From Hyaloraphidium curvatum SAG 235-1 (Eukaryota; Fungi; Monoblepharomycota): a stretch of 64,000 nucleotides of DNA. Positions 24,984 through 36,991 of the stretch are shown one piece after another. The stretch spans positions 421,555 to 485,554 of the forward strand of contig JAIVFI010000039.1 of assembly GCA_025558095.1 (NCBI GenBank). Direction: 5' to 3'. Position numbers and translations under genes: made by a program. The first letter of the stretch is position 1, and the number at the start of each line of letters is the position of its first letter. The notes under the pieces were generated by a model. The model saw only the letters and a list, made by a program, of their open reading frames with translations, made no database searches and was not told the DNA's origin.

Positions 24984-25646
24984 ATGGCCTCCGCCGCCCG
25001 CCCCCGCGCGGCGCACGACCACGACCACACGCATTCGCACGACGGCGACGGCGGCCACACGCACGACCACGCCCACGGCCCGCCCCCCCGCGCCGCCGCC
25101 GACCCGCCCGTCGCCCTCCGCGCGGCCGCGGTGGCCGCCGCCGGGCTCTCCGGCGTGCTCCTGCTCACTTTATTGCGCTCGCGGGAGGACATGCACCCGC
25201 TGCGCACGCCGCTGGACGCGTACTTCGACGGCCCCATGTCCTCCCTCGCCCCGCTCTCCGCCGCGCTGCTCTGCGTCGCGGCGCTCGCCGTCGCCCGCGA
25301 CCGCAAATCCAGGCCCGCGCGGCGCACCCCCGCCGAGGACGCCGGCATCTCCCTGCTCCGCCTGTTTGCCGGCTCGATAGCGCTGGCGTCCTTCTTCCGC
25401 CCCGACGGCCACGCGTGGCAGGCCTCCCTGCACACCCTGGGCGCGCACGGCGCGGCGTTCTGCGCCGTGGGCGCGATGTACCTGCTCGGCACGGGGGACG
25501 GGGACGGGCGGGTGGCGGGGTTCTCGTGGGCCTGCGCGGGGCTGGCGGCCGCGGGGGTCGCGGCGGGGTGGGGGATGGGGGAGTGGGGCGCCGCGCAGAG
25601 GGCGGTGCTGGGGACGGCGGTGTTTTGGCTGATGGCCGTGGCGTGA
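24984..25646 (+). CDS. Multi-pass membrane protein (DUF998-like) with a His-rich N-terminus
   Basis: HDHDHTHSHDGDGGHTHDHAH followed by about 5-6 hydrophobic helices. Contains FRPD..LH and G..QR motifs. Confidence 0.6.
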   Translation: MASAARPRAAHDHDHTHSHDGDGGHTHDHAHGPPPRAAADPPVALRAAAVAAAGLSGVLLLTLLRSREDMHPLRTPLDAYFDGPMSSLAPLSAALLCVAALAVARDRKSRPARRTPAEDAGISLLRLFAGSIALASFFRPDGHAWQASLHTLGAHGAAFCAVGAMYLLGTGDGDGRVAGFSWACAGLAAAGVAAGWGMGEWGAAQRAVLGTAVFWLMAVA

Positions 25647-25984
25647 TGAGCGCGGGATGGGGAGGGGAGGGGGGGGGAGACGGAGGTGGGGACCGGGGAA
25701 GCCACGGGCCGTTGGGACGGCTTTGGCTCGCCGCGTCGGCGCCTGTTCCGGGCCCGCGTCTCACGTCTCGCGTTTCACGGCGGCTGGGAACGGCCACGCC
25801 AATCTTGAACGCCGTACCCCCGTGATCGCCGTCGGCCACCACCTTCCTGTCCGCTCCCACGCGCCGCCAATCCGCCCGCCCCGCCGGCCCGCCCCGCCGT
25901 CCGGCCAGGCGCCGCCCGAAAACCCATCGGCCAACCCTATTTTGCCTCCGGGCACGGCCGCGCCCCCGCTCCCCGGGGCGGCTG

Positions 25985-26847
25985 ATGGCTCCATGCGTCC
26001 CCGAGTCGCCTGGTCCGACGATCGGGTCCGTGCCGACGGAGGCCGCCCCGTCCGAGCCCACCACATGCGCTCAGTGCGCGGCAGACGAGACGGGAGGCAA
26101 GGATTGCTCGCGCCTTGCGACCGGGGGTGCCGAATCCCGACCCCGCGGGCTTGACATGCTGGCCGCCGCAACCCCGGTCCGAAGCGCACGTGCGGCGCCA
26201 AGTACCGGCGACCCACTCCCCCGCCCCCCGTGGCATCTTCACGGCGCATTCCGCGGCGGGCGGGACGCGGCGCAGGCAACGCGATGTGAGTTTGTCGTGG
26301 CCGGCCGGCCTGGACCGCCGCCGCCGGGGACCCCCGGCCGCGGGCGGCTAACGGGGCACGCGGCCCGCGGGTGCTGACGACGGGGCAGCGCGAGTTCAAC
26401 GCGCAGCTAGCGGCGCTGGTGGCCCTGAACCCGTGGCTGGCGGAGGAAAGCAGGGAGGTGCTGGGGAAGCTGGTGACCGCGTACCGGAACGCGGATCCGG
26501 GGACGGCGAGCAGGAGGGCGAGGCGGAACATGCGCTGGGGGACGCCGCCCTCCGGGGTCGGCTCCCCCGCATCGCCGCCGCCGTTGATGGAAGTGGGCAG
26601 GCCGGTGCTCCCGCCGCTCCCGGACACGGCGGTGCCTCCGCCAAGAGGGGGGCTGATGTTCCTCCCACCGCCGCCGCCGCTGCCCTCCTTCAGGCCGCTG
26701 CCTCCGGACCTGACCTGCGCGCTGCCGGGGGGTTTCCACGCCCCGCACGGTCGATCGGTGGACGGGAGGGACGTGCGGCGCGCGCCCTCGGATCCGCTGG
26801 AGGTGCTGGCCGAGGCGGCTGCGCTCTCCGGGCCCGGGCCGGGGTAG
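25985..26847 (+). CDS. Hypothetical Pro-rich protein (2 exons)
   Basis: Probable intron 26286-26388 (GTGAGT..CTGAC..CAG). LDMLAAA and LEVLAEAA motifs and a basic RRARRNMR segment. Confidence 0.45.
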
Positions 26848-27415
26848 CCCCGCGCGAAGCCAGTGAAGTCGAGGGCCGGGCCCGGAGCATCCTTGTACAT
26901 TGCGCATGGGGATCGGCCGGGAGCGGTGCCCTCGGTTGCACGGCGGGAGCGAACTGTGAACGCGAGCGGCCGGCGATGTCAAACGGGCGGCGGCGGCCAA
27001 GCCACAGTTTACGCAGCGCCGGCGCCCGGGCTTTCGCTTCGGACAACATCTGGATCGGATCCCGCGTGAGCGCTCTTTCCGATTACACGGGGACGGTTTT
27101 CGATGCACCGAATCGCCCCGCCGGCTGCTCCGAATCTCGCTTAAACTTCGTGGAGGGTCCGTCGGGAAGGGTCCACCCTTTGAACCCCGCTCCCTTGCGA
27201 GGCAGAGCGCGGACCGGGCTTCAGGACCAATAGACGCGCTCTGTCCTAGTCAGAGAGGGGTGCCTTGGTCGTGGTCGGTGGGGTGGGGAACTCCGGAACG
27301 AGTCGTCCGTTGCTGAGTGGCCGGTCGCTTCAGCTACATTGCTCCGCCGCTCCGGCCGCGCCAGTCCGAAGGGGAATCCGGCCGATCCGTCACGGAACCG
27401 CCCGCCGCCGAAATA

Positions 27416-30400
27416 ATGCTTTCCGGATCTCCGCCCCGCCTCGCGGCATTGCTCGCCCTGCTCGCGGTCCTTTTCGTCGGCACCTCGCCTTCCCCGCCTT
27501 CCGCGGCCGCAGCGCCGTGGCCGCCCGGCGGCGAGACTGCTCCGTCGCTTGCGTTGCACCGTTCTCCCGTCGAGCGCTCCCCCGCGGACGCGTGGCGCGT
27601 TGGCCGCACATGGTGGGTGCCGCTCCCGGCCCGCCGTGTCCCGGCCGGCCGCCACGCCGCCCGCAAGGTCAACCGAATGCTGACAGACTTTCCTGCCCGC
27701 AGCTGTCCCGGTTGCACGTACGACTCGGGATGCTGCTGCCCGCCTCGCAGCAGGGCGCTGACGCGGACGAGGACGGCGGTGGTGTCTGTGACGGCCACGA
27801 GGACGCGCACGGTGTCGAGCCCGTCGAGGTGGACGACGAGGACGGTGACGCTCACCAGGGGATGCCCGCGCTTGGTTGGGCGGGATCTGCTGAAGCAGAT
27901 CTTTGACGGGGGTCCGCATGACGTCGCGAGGATCGGAGGGGGCCCGGGAACCTCGACAGTTGCCAGCTCTCCCGACCGAGAACCCGCGTCGGAGCCATCA
28001 GATCTCTCCGACAGCGACGGCAATTCATTCTCGCAAGCGCCTTCAGACACTCGCGGACCCCACGCCCTCTTTGCCAGGCACATCTGCCCCGCGTGCCCCG
28101 CCGCCGTGGGCAAGGCCAACACGGGATCCGGCGGCGGCGCCAACTTCTGCTGCCCCTTCCGCACCGTCTTCCGCACCGTCACCGCCCGCAAGACCGTCAG
28201 GACCAAGGTGATCACGCGGACCAGGACGGGCGGCAGTGGGACGAGGACGGCGACGGTGGTGGTCACCTCGCGGTGCGCTTCGGCGACGAGCACAAGGAGG
28301 GTCACGACCAAGAGGCCCGCACCGCCGACCACGACGAGGCAGCCCCCGCCTTCGGACAAGTCGCTGGGCACCACCGTGGGTGTTTCGGGGGCCGACCCCA
28401 CCGCGGAAGGCGCTAATCGAGTTCCCGCGCAGAGAACCACGCAGACCATCCCGATCGAGACCGATCAGCCCGGTTTTGTGGGTGCGGACTCGGTGTTGCC
28501 GCTGTCGGAGGCCTGATCAGACTTGATTCGCAGACAGCGACGACGCCGCCGCCTTCAGCTTCTGAGAACTCATCGACGGCCACCCGTTCAACCACCGCCA
28601 GCGCGTCCGGAACACCGAGCACGACCGCAAGTGCCGATGTTACGTCGACCTCCAGGACCTGGACGGTCTCGACCGAGGCAAGCCGTGCTGCGGTCTCCGC
28701 GGACGGCGCGATGCTAATCATCTACTCCTTCGTTTCCAGACCCCGTCCCCGACTTCGGAAACCGCGGTGCCGACCAGTAGCACGACAAACGTGCCCAGCA
28801 CCCCCTCGGAGTCGCGGAGCACTTCTTCAGAGACGGCGGGCACTACCACAACGGGCGCGACCTCGTCCCTGTCGTTGAAGGCATCGACTTCAGACGTCAG
28901 CTCGACCACCGGCGTCGCGACGAGTGGAACTTCTTCTGCCACGCCGACGGCCAAGTCCAGCTCGACCACGGCCGGCATGGTCACGGCCTCCGAGTCGCAC
29001 ACCGTGACGGAAATCAAGGACGCGACTTCCTCGGCGGTGAGCGCTGCCTAACCCGCGTTGCGCCGCTGGTTTACCAACGACGTCCTTTCTAGACGGCATC
29101 CGAGACCACGGCTGCGACTTCCACGTCCGAAGCCAGCTCGACGTCGGGTTTCACGACCTCTCGATCGCAAAGCCCGACCGCCACCGGTTCGGAGACGCAA
29201 AGCCGAACGGCCTCGACTTCGCAAACGAAAAGCGGAACGTCCACGACGAGCGAGACGGCTTCGGCGAGCCTGACTACCTCGGAGTCGCAGAGCTTGACGG
29301 GTACCACCACGGAGAACCTGAGCCGGACGGCCACGACCTCGGACTCACAGAGCTTGACAGCCACGACGACCACCGCATCGGAGTCCAGAAGCTTCACGGC
29401 GACGACCAGCGAGACTGTTTCGGCCAGCCTGACGACATCCGAGTCGCAGAGCTTGACCGCCACGACTAGGGAGACGGCTTCGGGTCCCGCGACGACTTCG
29501 GAATCGCAGAGCTTGACGGCCAGCACGTCGGAGTCGCAAAGCCGGACCGCAACGACCTCGGAAAGCCAGACGCGGACTACGACGGCTGTAGGTTCTTGTG
29601 CCCGACGATTCCTATATTCAGCTCATCTTTCTGCAGACCACTTTCGAGACCTTGACCTCCTCGGAGACCCCCAGCACGAGCTCGCCGACGGCGACCACGT
29701 CGGAGATGCCGACTACTAGTTCTTTGACTGCGACGACTTCGGACACGCCAAGCGCTTCTTCTTTGACGGCAACCGCCACGGAGGCATCGAGCAGCACCTC
29801 GCAGACTGCATCGAGTTCCGCTCTGTCCAGCACCTCGGAGACGCAGACTAGCACCTCGGAGACGGCCACGCCGAGCCCGACTTCGGTGACCGATACGCCG
29901 AGCACGTCGTCTGAGACTGCCACGCCGAGTTGGACGTCAGAGACTCAGAGCTTGACAGCAACGACGTCGGAGACTAAGAGCGTGACGCCCACGACCAGCG
30001 AAAGCCAGAGCCGGACAGCAACGACTTCAGAGCCGCAGAGCGTGACTGCAACGACCAGCGAGAGCCAGAGCCGGACAACAACGACGTCGGCGTCGCAGAG
30101 CTTGACTGCGACAACCAGCGAATCTGCTTCAGCAACGGTAACGACTTCGGAGTCACAGAGCTTGACGGCCACGATGTCGGAGACGCCCAGCGGCAGTTCT
30201 ATGACGGCTACCGCATTGGAGATACTCAGCACCAGTTCGCTTACCGCGACAACCTTGGATGCCCCCAGAACCGGCTCTTTGACGGCGACCACGTCGGAGA
30301 CTCGCAGTACCGGTTCTTCTACAGCAACATCGCAGATCCCGAGCACAAGCTCTTCGACGACCACCGCTTCAGAGACGCACACCAGCAGCTCTGGGACGGT

Positions 30401-31601
30401 CACGGCGTCGTTTTCGCAGACCTTGACGTCCACCTCCTCGGAATCGCAGAGCCAAACCGCCACGACCACCGATTCAGCTTCGGCGACGGCCACCACGTCG
30501 GCCTCCCGATCCCCGACGGCCACCACCTCGGCGACGCAAACCGCGAGCCGGACGCAGACGCGGAGCCAATCGCCGACGACAACGGCGGGCGCGGTGCCAA
30601 CCTGCGTCCCCCAGGAGTGGTGGACCGGAGGCTCGGCCGGCAACCAGGCCGGCCTGGGTTTGTGCGTGGGCTTCGCGGGCTTCCAGACCATCACGTGGGG
30701 CGACTATTCCAACCTGGTGGGATCGGCGCGCATCCGCACGGTGGTGGGATCCCTGACGTTGCTCCACCCAGGTCGAATCCGAATCCGCCGTCGCGGCGGG
30801 CGGCAGCGCGTTCCAGCCCGACGCCACCAACATCGGCAACGCCCGCTCCGGCCGGCCCCCCTGTGCGTCGCAGAACGCCAGCGACCTCGCCAACTACGCT
30901 CTCCTGGCAAAGAACATCGCCGCAGGGGCGAGCATCAAGATCGACGGCAACAACTTTGCCGGCATCTCGGGCGGGGACACGAGCAACCTCGTGTTCCAGG
31001 GCTCCGGGTGCGGGCCCGCCAAGGTGCAGACGGCGGCGTGGTTCGACAACCTGTTCGGGAGGGCCGAGGCGCAGGCCAAGGCGCTCTCGGACGCGCTGGC
31101 AACGTACACCAAGACCGCGACCTGCTCGATCACCTCGCAGGCGGCGCTCAACATCACCGCCATCTCGGGCTTCGGCTCCTCCGACATCGTCATCTGCGAC
31201 CTGCCGCTGGCCGCCGTCGACGGCTCCACCCAAAACTTCAACAACTTTGCGGTCTCGGGCTTTTCCTCCACTCCCAAGGGCTACATCTTCAACGTGCAGG
31301 CGTCGGGCACCGTCGCGCTGGGCGGCAACTCGATGGCCGTGTGGCAGAACAACTTCAAGGGCTCGGCCTTCTTCAACTTCGGCTCGACCGTGACGGCCAT
31401 CACCTGGACCTCGCAGACCCTGTTCTCCCAGGGCTTCCTGGCACCGTGGGCGGACATAAACGCCAACACGGGGACGCCGGTGGATGCGCAGATCATCGCC
31501 AAGAGCTGGAAGAACGTCCAGGCGGCGGAGCGGCACGGTTTCGACAGCGGGAACCGGCCGGGGTTCCAGGGCTGCTTCCCGCCGGTTGAGCTCTGCCCCT
31601 G
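27416..31601 (+). CDS. Secreted Ser/Thr-rich mucin-like protein with a C-terminal choice-of-anchor-A (ice-binding-like) domain
   Basis: Signal peptide, CPxC..CCP motifs and long TSESQSLTAT repeats, then FQTITWGD..VESESAVAAGG..AKALSDALA..YIFNV..FFNFG..GFLAPWA..AQIIAKSW..H..FQGCFP. Several short introns. Confidence 0.75.
29140..30580 (+). repeat. Degenerate 30-bp coding tandem repeats (TSESQSLTAT)
   Basis: Recurrent ACGACxTCGGAGTCGCAGAGCTTGACG units. Confidence 0.8.
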
Positions 31602-32794
31602 AACGGATCATGTACGGGCTGCTAGGGTCTGGAAATGCATGATGCCATCATACGCTCCTGATTCCGTGGAGGCACATCAGAGCAGGTACACGATCGCGCC
31701 TGACATCCACCGTGCATGTTCACGGCCGCCCATTTGCGAAGCGGCCGGAATGTAGGGACTCTAAACGAGGGTATTGGCTCCCGCGACCAACTTTGCATGC
31801 CCAGACCTTTTGGACCAAAAGGACGCAGTTGCCCCACAGAATCCGCCGCATCGCTCCCCGAAGTCCTCCGCCCACAATCGTCCCGTGATGTGCAGCCTCC
31901 CTGCGTCTGCTGTCGCCGCCTCTCTCACCCTCGCCGATGAAACAAAGCATCATTTCGTGTACGCATCGAAGGGGAAGCAAGCTTGACGTTAGCAAAAGGC
32001 TTCAATGTTGAGCATCGGGCAGGGCGCATCCAGCGGTCTCTCGCCGTCCTCCGAGCTGGATCGTCAGAGCGCGGGCGACCGATCAAGGAGCGGCTGGGGA
32101 CAGAGGCACCCGGGCTGGCAACGGAGCGGCGCGCGAGAGCATTTCGACCTACGACACGGACCGTACGGGAAGGAGGATAGGAGGTGGGGCAAAAGCATCT
32201 TGCATTTCCAGACCCCGGTCTATACACGCTCCGTCCGATCTCTAGTAGAGGGTGACCTGCGGGAAGCAGCCCTGGAATCCTGGCTTGTTACCGGAATCAA
32301 AGCTAAGGGAATCGTTGTCAGAGACCAGTTGCTTGTGGGGTGGGCGCACCGCGAACTCACCCGTGCCGCTCCGCCGCCTGGACGTTCTTCCAGCTCTTGG
32401 CGATGATCTGCGCATCCACCGGCGTCCCCGTGTTGGCGTTTATGTCCGCCCACGGTGCCAGGAAGCCCTGGGAGAACAGGGTCTGCGAGGTCCAGGTGAT
32501 GGCCGTCACGGTCGAGCCGAAGTTGAAGAAGGCCGAGCCCTTGAAGTTGTTCTGCCACACGGCCATCGAGTTGCCGCCCAGCGCGACGGTGCCCGACGCC
32601 TGCACGTTGAAGATGTAGCCCTTGGGAGTGGAGGAAAAGCCCGAGACCGCAAAGTTGTTGAAGTTTTGGGTGGAGCCGTCGACGGCGGCCAGCGGCAGGT
32701 CGCAGATGACGATGTCGGAGGAGCCGAAGCCCGAGATGGCGGTGATGTTGAGCGCCGCCTGCGAGGTGATCGAGCAGGTCGCGGTCTTGGTGTA
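31105..32794. repeat. 434-bp inverted repeat (31105-31538 / 32361-32794) with an 822-bp spacer
   Basis: The arms read as exact reverse complements by eye. Diverged homology extends outward to about 30595 and 33305. Confidence 0.92.
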
Positions 32795-35700
32795 AGCCGA
32801 CAGCGCGTTGGAGAGCGTCTTGGCGCGCGCCTCGGCGTTGCCGAACAGGTCGTCGAAGTAGGCCGCCGTCTTGATCTTGGCCGGACCGCACCCGGAGCCT
32901 TGGAACACGAGGTTGCTTGTGTCGCCGCCCGTGATGCCAGCGAAGTTGTTGCCGTCGATCTTGATGCTCGCGCCCGAGGCGATGGTCCTTGCGAGGAGGG
33001 CGTAGTTGTCGATGTCGTTCTGGTCCTGCGAGGAGCACTGGGGGCGGCCGGAGCGCGCGTTGCCGATGTTGGTGCTGCCGGGCTGGAAGGCGCTGCCGCC
33101 GGCGGCGATCGCCGACTCGGATTCGACCTGGTGAGGGGAAAAGGCGTCAGAGACTCCGATCCAGCGAGGGTCGCAACCGCGCTCACCGTGTTGTAGTAGT
33201 CGCCCCAAGTGATGGTCTGGAAGTTGTCGAAGCCCAGGTCGAAGTCCAGCCCGGCCTTGTTGTTGCTCGAGCCCGCGGTCCACCACGACTGCGGGACGCA
33301 GCTGGGGGTGCCGGCGGCCGCGGCGGTCGTCGTGCGGGTGAGGGTCTGCGAAGCCGTCTGCGAAGCCGTGCGGGTCTGCGAAGCCGTTTGCGTTTGGCTG
33401 GCGGTTTGCGTCTGGCTGGCCGTCTGCGTCTGCGAAGCCGTTTGCGTTTGGCTGGCGGTTTGCGTCTGGCTGGCCGTTTGCGTCTGCGAAGCCGTTTGCG
33501 TTTGACTGGCCGTCCGCGTCGGCGAAGCCGTTTGCGTTTGGCTGGCGGTTTCCGTCTGGCTGGCGGTGGCGGTCGCCGTCGCAGTTTGCGAAGCGGTCGT
33601 CGTCGGGGGAGCGACGGTGGTTGTCGGCTCGGGGTTGACGTCCGGAGCAGCGGTTTCCTGCAGGACAAGGGGGTCAGGACCGACTTACGGAGCAGCGCAG
33701 CAGATCTCACTGTCTGCGTGGCCGTCGGCTCGGGCTCCTCGGTGGTCGTGGGCTGCGGTGCGACCGTGGTGGAGGGTTCCGGCGCCTCGGTGGTAGTGGG
33801 CTCGGGCTCGGGGGCAGCCGTCGTCGTGGGCTCCAGCTCAGGGGCAGCCGTGGTCGTAGGCTCAGGGGCCTCGGTCGTAGTGGGCTCCGGCTCGGGAGCT
33901 GCGGTCGTCGACGGAGCAGGGGCCTCGGTCGTCGTGGGCTCGGGCTCGGGAGCCGCGGTCGTCGTAGGCTCCGGGGCAGCCGTCGAGGTGGGCACGGGCG
34001 CATCCGTCGTCGGCTCGGGGTCCTGCGTCGCGGTGGCCGCCATCGTCGCCGTGGTCGCCGGGGCCGGCACGTCCGGGGGCGGGGAGCAGGTGTTGCCCGT
34101 GATGCTCGCGTGTATCATGATGTAGTACCCCTCCGCGCAGACGGGGAACCCGGCGCCCGAGGAGACGGTGAAGGGCGAGGAGCCGGAGCCCGAAGAGACG
34201 ATCGGGTAGTTGCCCGGGGCACCGCGCTCGCTGGGGCGGTCGCAGCTGTAGAAGACGTGGCCGTCGGTGATGGCGTTGCCGGTGAAGGGAGCAAAGGTAA
34301 CCTCGATGCCGGTGCTGCTGAGGGAGAAGTAGGCGCTGGCCATGAGCTCGCCGCAGTTCTTGCTGTTCACCGTGCCCAGGCCCGGGGAGGAGCACGACGA
34401 GTTGTCCGCGTTGCGGAATGCCGAGGCGCCGACGGCCAGGAGCGACGAGTAGTTGCCCGGGTCGAGGGGACCGAGGATGATGGCCCAGCTGCCCGTATCG
34501 GTTGGCTGGTACGGGGACCCGGGCGACCAGGCGTAGCCGGTGCCGCCGCCGGGTTCGGCGCAGGTGTTGGTTGGGACGGGGGTGGCCGTTGTCGTCGCGT
34601 CGCCGCAGCTGTACGTGCCCGTGGGCTGGGCGTCGACGAAGCACTTGCCGAAGCCGAGCTGACAGCCGACGCCGCACCACGCTTCGCCCGAGTTGCGGCC
34701 GTCGTCTGCGGGGGAGATCGAGGTCAGAACCGGCGAACGTACGCGGATGTGCTGCGACGCACCCTGGCAGAAACCCTCGGCGCTGCAGCAGTACCCGGGC
34801 CGGCAGCGCCGGCCGTTCTTGGACCCGCAGCAGCCGTCGATCGAAATCTCCTTGTTCACGCAGGCCTGGAACACGGGGGTGCCGCGCGAGACGGTCGTGC
34901 GCACGCCGAGGTAGGTGGTCCTGCTCCAGGTGCGCGTGGTGCGGGTGCGGCGGGTGCGCGACGTCGTGGTGGTCACCTCGGGGGCGACCGAGGGGCACTC
35001 GAAGTCCTCGCGGACGGGGCCAGAGCCGACGAAGCATTTGCCGTAGCCCAGCTGGCAGCCGGTACCGCACCACGGCTCGCCCGAGTTGCCGCCGTCATCC
35101 TGCGCATCGAAGGGTCAGATGGGCGCACGGGAATGCAGGAAGTGCAGAGCAAGAGCGCACCTGGCAGACGCCCCACTGCGAGCAGCAGAGGCCGGGCGGA
35201 CACCGCTTGCCGACGTCGGAGCCGCACTTGTAGTCGTCCGCAATGGGGATCTTGGTGCAGGCGTTGTAGACGGGCGTGCCGCGGGACACGCGGGTCACGG
35301 TGTGGGTGGGGTCGGTGCCGTCGGTCTCGGCTTCGCGGGTCGGGGCCGAGGGGGGTGCGGTGGGGCAGGCGAAGTCGGTCTGGACGGGCTTGCAGCCGAC
35401 GAAGCATTTGCCGTAGCCGAGCTGGCACCCGCCTCCGCACCACGGGAGACCTGGCAAGGGAATGTCGGTGAGTCACGGCGGACCTAACCAAGAGGGTCAA
35501 ACCCGAGGGTAGAGAAAAGCGTACCAGAGTCGTCGCCGTCGTCCTCACACCATCCCCACTCCGAGCAGCACAGTCCTTTCGGGCACCTCTTGCCGCCGCC
35601 CTGCACGCCGCAGCGGCCGTCCGTGGTCGCCTCGAGCGTGGGGCAGGCCATGTAGACGGGAACCGAGTTGGAGGTCGTCGTGAGGGTATAGGTCTCGGTC

Positions 35701-36224
35701 GGCTCCGTGGGTGACGGGCAGATCGAGGAGGGGAGACGGCGGGGCCACTCGGGAATGAAGCATTTGCCGTAGCCGTACTGGCAGCCGGTGCCGCACCAGG
35801 CTTCGCCTGCGGAAGGGTGCTGTTGTTAGAGTCGCCCCGCCGACCACGACGCCAGGCCCCGAGGCCCACCGGAATCGCCTCCATTATCTTGACAAAATCC
35901 CCATTGAGAGCAGCACTTTCCGTCCGGGCAGCGGGAGCCCCCGGCGAAGCGGCCGCACCGGCCGTCCGCCGAAACAGCCAGCGTTGCGCAAGCCGCGACC
36001 ACCGGCGTCCCGGCCGACACCGTCGTTACGGGATCGGCCGGCAGAGCGCGGCCGGCGTAGGTCTCCTCCTCGGCGAGGGCGCCGAAGTCCACCGTGCCCA
36101 CGAGCTGCCGCTTGTGCCGCCGGACCTGCGGCCAGCAGCTGCTCGGCGCGGCGCCGGCCGGTGCGGCGGCGGCGAGCGCCGCGAGGGCGGCGAGTGCCGC
36201 GATCGAGATCTGTTGTCGCCTCAT
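32242..36224 (-). CDS. Secreted protein: 4x CBM18/hevein + unknown domain + EPTTT and SQTQTA repeats + choice-of-anchor-A domain
   Basis: Signal peptide MRRQQISIAALAALA and four CG..RCP.G.CCSxWGxC..WCGxGCQxGYGKC units. Final intron 32303-32360, then FDSGNKPGFQGCFPQVTLY with TAG at 32242. Confidence 0.85.
33345..34030 (-). repeat. Coding tandem repeats (SQTQTA 18-mers; EPTTTAAP units)
   Basis: GCGAAGCCGTTTGCGT-type units at 33345-33590 and Pro/Thr/Glu units at 33730-34030. Confidence 0.85.
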
Positions 36225-36991
36225 CGGGGAATGTTGGTTGTAGAGAGTTGTGGCCGCGTCGGCTTTCAGCTGACCCGGCTCCTACAGCCGACCGACGCAC
36301 CAGCCGCCGCCGCTGGTCCCTAGCAACTTCCGAACCTCCACCCGCGCCCGGCCACGATCAGAGCCATGGGGCACCGAGACTCGATTGTTTAAAATTCGAC
36401 ATGCTGGCCGGATGGTTTGCCCGGGTCTCGTCTCGCAGCAAATCGTCGCAACAAACAGATTGCTGTGCCCGCCGCTAGGGACCACCTCGTCCGATCGCCG
36501 CTCCGGAGCCTAAACCGTTTTGCCCCGATCGAACGGCGACTCAGGTATTGTTGGTGCTTCCATCCGCGGTTTGGGGAGGAGCCGAATTGAATTCTCGACG
36601 TGAGGGGGCGGAGTTGTGGCTTGGGCTGCCGCTGCCGAATGTTGCGGGTGAGGCTGAGTTGGCCGGTGCGGCGGCCGGCCGGGCGGATATTGAAACAACC
36701 TGTTTTCCCGGCGGCCCATTCCCCGCCGTCTTCCCAGCAAGCGGGATCGAGGGATGCAGCGGCCAGTGCGGGCGCCCATCCAACAGGGAAGATCGTTTCG
36801 CTTTTGGACGCCGGGCAGGTTTCGCTGCAAGAGCTGCAAGGTCGGCCGGACCGGCCGGATCCACATCAGCGTCGGCCGTCCGCTTCCGACCCCGACCATT
36901 TCGAATGTCGGCCGCCGCCCGAACCTCCGGCGAAGAACCTCTGGCATGCCATTCTAGTGTAATCGGATCCAATCAACAAACAATCCGCGGG

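Noticed and set aside
31105-32794. Inverted repeat as transposon TIRs
   Set aside because: The arms are coding parts of paralogous domains with homology continuing outward. No transposase or TSD was seen.
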